From positions 2,914,001 to 2,978,000 of the forward strand of contig CDROCS010000506.1 of the NCBI GenBank assembly GCA_977020255.1: a DNA stretch of 64,000 bases. The letters run 5' to 3'. Shown here in pieces: positions 60,896 to 64,000 of the stretch; position 1 is the first letter of the stretch, and each line of letters begins with the position of its first letter. The DNA is from Obrimoposthia wandeli. Lineage: Eukaryota. The notes under the pieces were generated by a model that worked only from the letters and a program-made list of their open reading frames with translations, ran no database searches and was not told where the DNA came from. The position numbers and the translations under genes were made by a program.

Positions 60896-61945
60896 ATGCA
60901 GGTTTCAGATTTCAATTTTAGTCTTCCTGACGAGTTAATTGCGCGTTATCCGAAAGCGGATCGCCGTTCAAGCCGTCTACTTCAATTAAACGGTAACAGC
61001 GGTGAACTTGTTGATAAGCAGTTCGCAGACATTCTTGATTTAGTTGAAGCTGGCGATCTGATGGTATTTAACAATACTCGAGTGATCCCTGCGCGTATGT
61101 ACGGACAAAAAGCCTCTGGTGGTAAAATCGAAGTACTTGTTGAACGTGTTATTGGCGATCATTCAGTATTAGCCCACGTACGTTCATCAAAATCACCGAA
61201 AGTAGGTGCGCAATTAATCCTCGAAGGCACTGTAAATGCTGAAATGGTTGCGCGTCATGATGCGTTATTTGAACTTAAATTCTTAGACGAACGTCATGTA
61301 CTGGAAGTATTAGAAGATATTGGCCACATGCCATTACCGCCTTATATTGACCGTCCAGATGAAGATTCAGATAAAGAGCGTTACCAAACGGTTTACAATG
61401 AAAAGCCGGGTGCTGTAGCAGCGCCAACAGCTGGTTTACACTTTGATGAAGCATTGTTAGCGCAGTTAGCAGAAAAAGGCGTAAACACTGCGTTTGTAAC
61501 ACTGCACGTTGGTGCAGGTACGTTCCAACCAGTACGTGTTGATAATATTCTTGATCACCACATGCATTCTGAATATGCCGAAGTATCTGAAGAAGTTGTA
61601 GCTAAAATTGCAGCAACGAAAGCCAATGGCGGTCGTGTAATTGCAGTGGGTACAACATCAGTACGTTCGTTAGAAAGTGCTGCGCAAGCAACAATGGCAA
61701 AAGGCTTACCGTTAGCGCCGTTTTTTGATGATACCGAGATCTTTATTTATCCGGGTTATGAATTCCAACTTGTTGATGCCATGGTAACGAATTTCCATTT
61801 ACCTGAATCAACATTGATTATGTTGTTATCTGCATTTGCTGGTTATGACCACGTGATGCCAGCTTATCAACATGCTATTACAGAGAAATACCGTTTCTTC
61901 AGTTATGGCGATGCGATGTTTGTGACTAAGCAGACTGCAGACTAA
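60896..61945 (+). CDS. queA: S-adenosylmethionine:tRNA ribosyltransferase-isomerase
   Basis: [46 protein letters not shown]. Confidence 0.97.
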   Translation: MQVSDFNFSLPDELIARYPKADRRSSRLLQLNGNSGELVDKQFADILDLVEAGDLMVFNNTRVIPARMYGQKASGGKIEVLVERVIGDHSVLAHVRSSKSPKVGAQLILEGTVNAEMVARHDALFELKFLDERHVLEVLEDIGHMPLPPYIDRPDEDSDKERYQTVYNEKPGAVAAPTAGLHFDEALLAQLAEKGVNTAFVTLHVGAGTFQPVRVDNILDHHMHSEYAEVSEEVVAKIAATKANGGRVIAVGTTSVRSLESAAQATMAKGLPLAPFFDDTEIFIYPGYEFQLVDAMVTNFHLPESTLIMLLSAFAGYDHVMPAYQHAITEKYRFFSYGDAMFVTKQTAD

Positions 61946-62064
61946 ATTTAATTAGTGGTGGGCTAGTGTTTATTAGTTTACTGCTAGTTTATTAACGATA
62001 AACAGCGACGATACGTATGTTGTTTGAATTTTTTGAAAGAAATAATGTCAGACTGTTTCTCTGA

Positions 62065-63216
<1,152 letters not shown>

Positions 63217-63334
63217 TAATTAAGCAAACACTAACCTGATAGTCGATCTAAGTTTGGTAAACCTTTCTCATTAGTAGTAATGTAATGTGATTGGTTTATC
63301 ATATCGATATTAAAATTTATAAAGGGAAATAAAA

Positions 63335-63673
63335 ATGAGTTTTTTCATTGCAGATGCAGTTGCCGCTGAAGGTATTCCAACTCCGGCTGGTGGTGGTTAC
63401 GAAATGTTGATCATGTTAGGTATTTTTGGTGTGATCTTTTACTTCATGATCTATCGCCCACAAGCGAAACGTCAAAAAGAACAGAAGAACCTAATGTCAT
63501 CATTGTCAAAAGGTGAAGAAGTGCTTACTGTTGGTGGTGTTGTAGGTAAAATTGCAAAGATCTCTGAAGGTAACGATTACATTGTAATCACAATTGCTGA
63601 TGCAACAAACATCACAATTAAACGTGATTACATTGCTGCTGTATTACCAAAAGGTAGCATGCAGTCGCTTTAA
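63335..63673 (+). CDS. yajC: Preprotein translocase subunit YajC
   Basis: FYFMIYRPQAKRQK, L-KGEEVLT-GG. Conserved tgt-yajC-secD order. Confidence 0.95.
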   Translation: MSFFIADAVAAEGIPTPAGGGYEMLIMLGIFGVIFYFMIYRPQAKRQKEQKNLMSSLSKGEEVLTVGGVVGKIAKISEGNDYIVITIADATNITIKRDYIAAVLPKGSMQSL

Positions 63674-63702
63674 TCTTTTCCGTCTCCCAGTAAGGTAATA
63701 TT

Positions 63703-64000
63703 GTGCTAAACAAATATCCTCTGTGGAAGTATCTAATGGTGATCGCTACGATCGCCATTTGTTTACTCTATGCCACACCGAATCTATACGGGGAAGACCC
63801 CGCTGTTCAAGTTTCTGCTGCACGTGGTGCTGCTATTGAAGTAGCCACTCTCGATAAAGTGAAAGCAGAACTCGATAAAAAAGCCATTTCTTATAAAAGT
63901 GTTTCATTAGAACAAAACCAAGTATTAATTCGTTTAACTGACAGCGAACAACAATTACTTGCTAGTGAAGTATTAAAAGAACAACTAGGTCAAACCTTCA
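63703..64000 (+). CDS. secD: Protein translocase subunit SecD, N-terminal part (runs off window)
   Basis: Not in the ORF track. GTG 63703 reads MLNKYPLWKYLMVIATIAICLLYATPNLYGEDPAVQVS, the SecD N-terminus. Confidence 0.93.
   Translation, partial: MLNKYPLWKYLMVIATIAICLLYATPNLYGEDPAVQVSAARGAAIEVATLDKVKAELDKKAISYKSVSLEQNQVLIRLTDSEQQLLASEVLKEQLGQTF

Overview
AT-rich chromosomal window from a marine gammaproteobacterium. Gene order and protein style suggest Moritella or a close relative; this is an inference and no database was consulted. Most of it is conserved backbone: pepB, fadE, gmhA, yafJ, purMN, upp, hda, bepA, xseA, guaBA, queA-tgt-yajC-secD. Three accessory blocks sit in it. (1) 1-5.3 kb is the 3' end of a histamine-type siderophore cluster: histidine decarboxylase, two BarA/BarB-like ABC half-transporters, and a DAHP synthase with a Fur box and substitutions at feedback-inhibition residues. 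(2) 23.7-45.4 kb is a tungsten/formate respiration island: an HTH-PBP regulator, fdhD, DUF3305/3306, a polyferredoxin, a TorD-type chaperone, Cys-type fdhABC, mobB-moeA, mobA, tupABC and a sigma54 two-component system, split by a GH19 chitinase. All four metabolic transcription units have a correctly spaced sigma54-type -24/-12 element. Two of them share a 17-bp GACA-N3-TGTC palindrome at enhancer distance, which points to a self-contained regulon run by the local Cache-sensor kinase and NtrC-family activator. This is the strongest system-level finding. (3) 45-60.6 kb holds nutrient and surface genes: lpxR-like, phoX with a Pho box, rof, an MCP apparently lacking its periplasmic sensor, a lipoprotein pullulanase with MalT/CRP-like sites, and an orphan tssJ. 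I found no CRISPR array, rRNA, tRNA, transposase or integrase. All motif calls and protein family assignments were made by eye and need computational confirmation.
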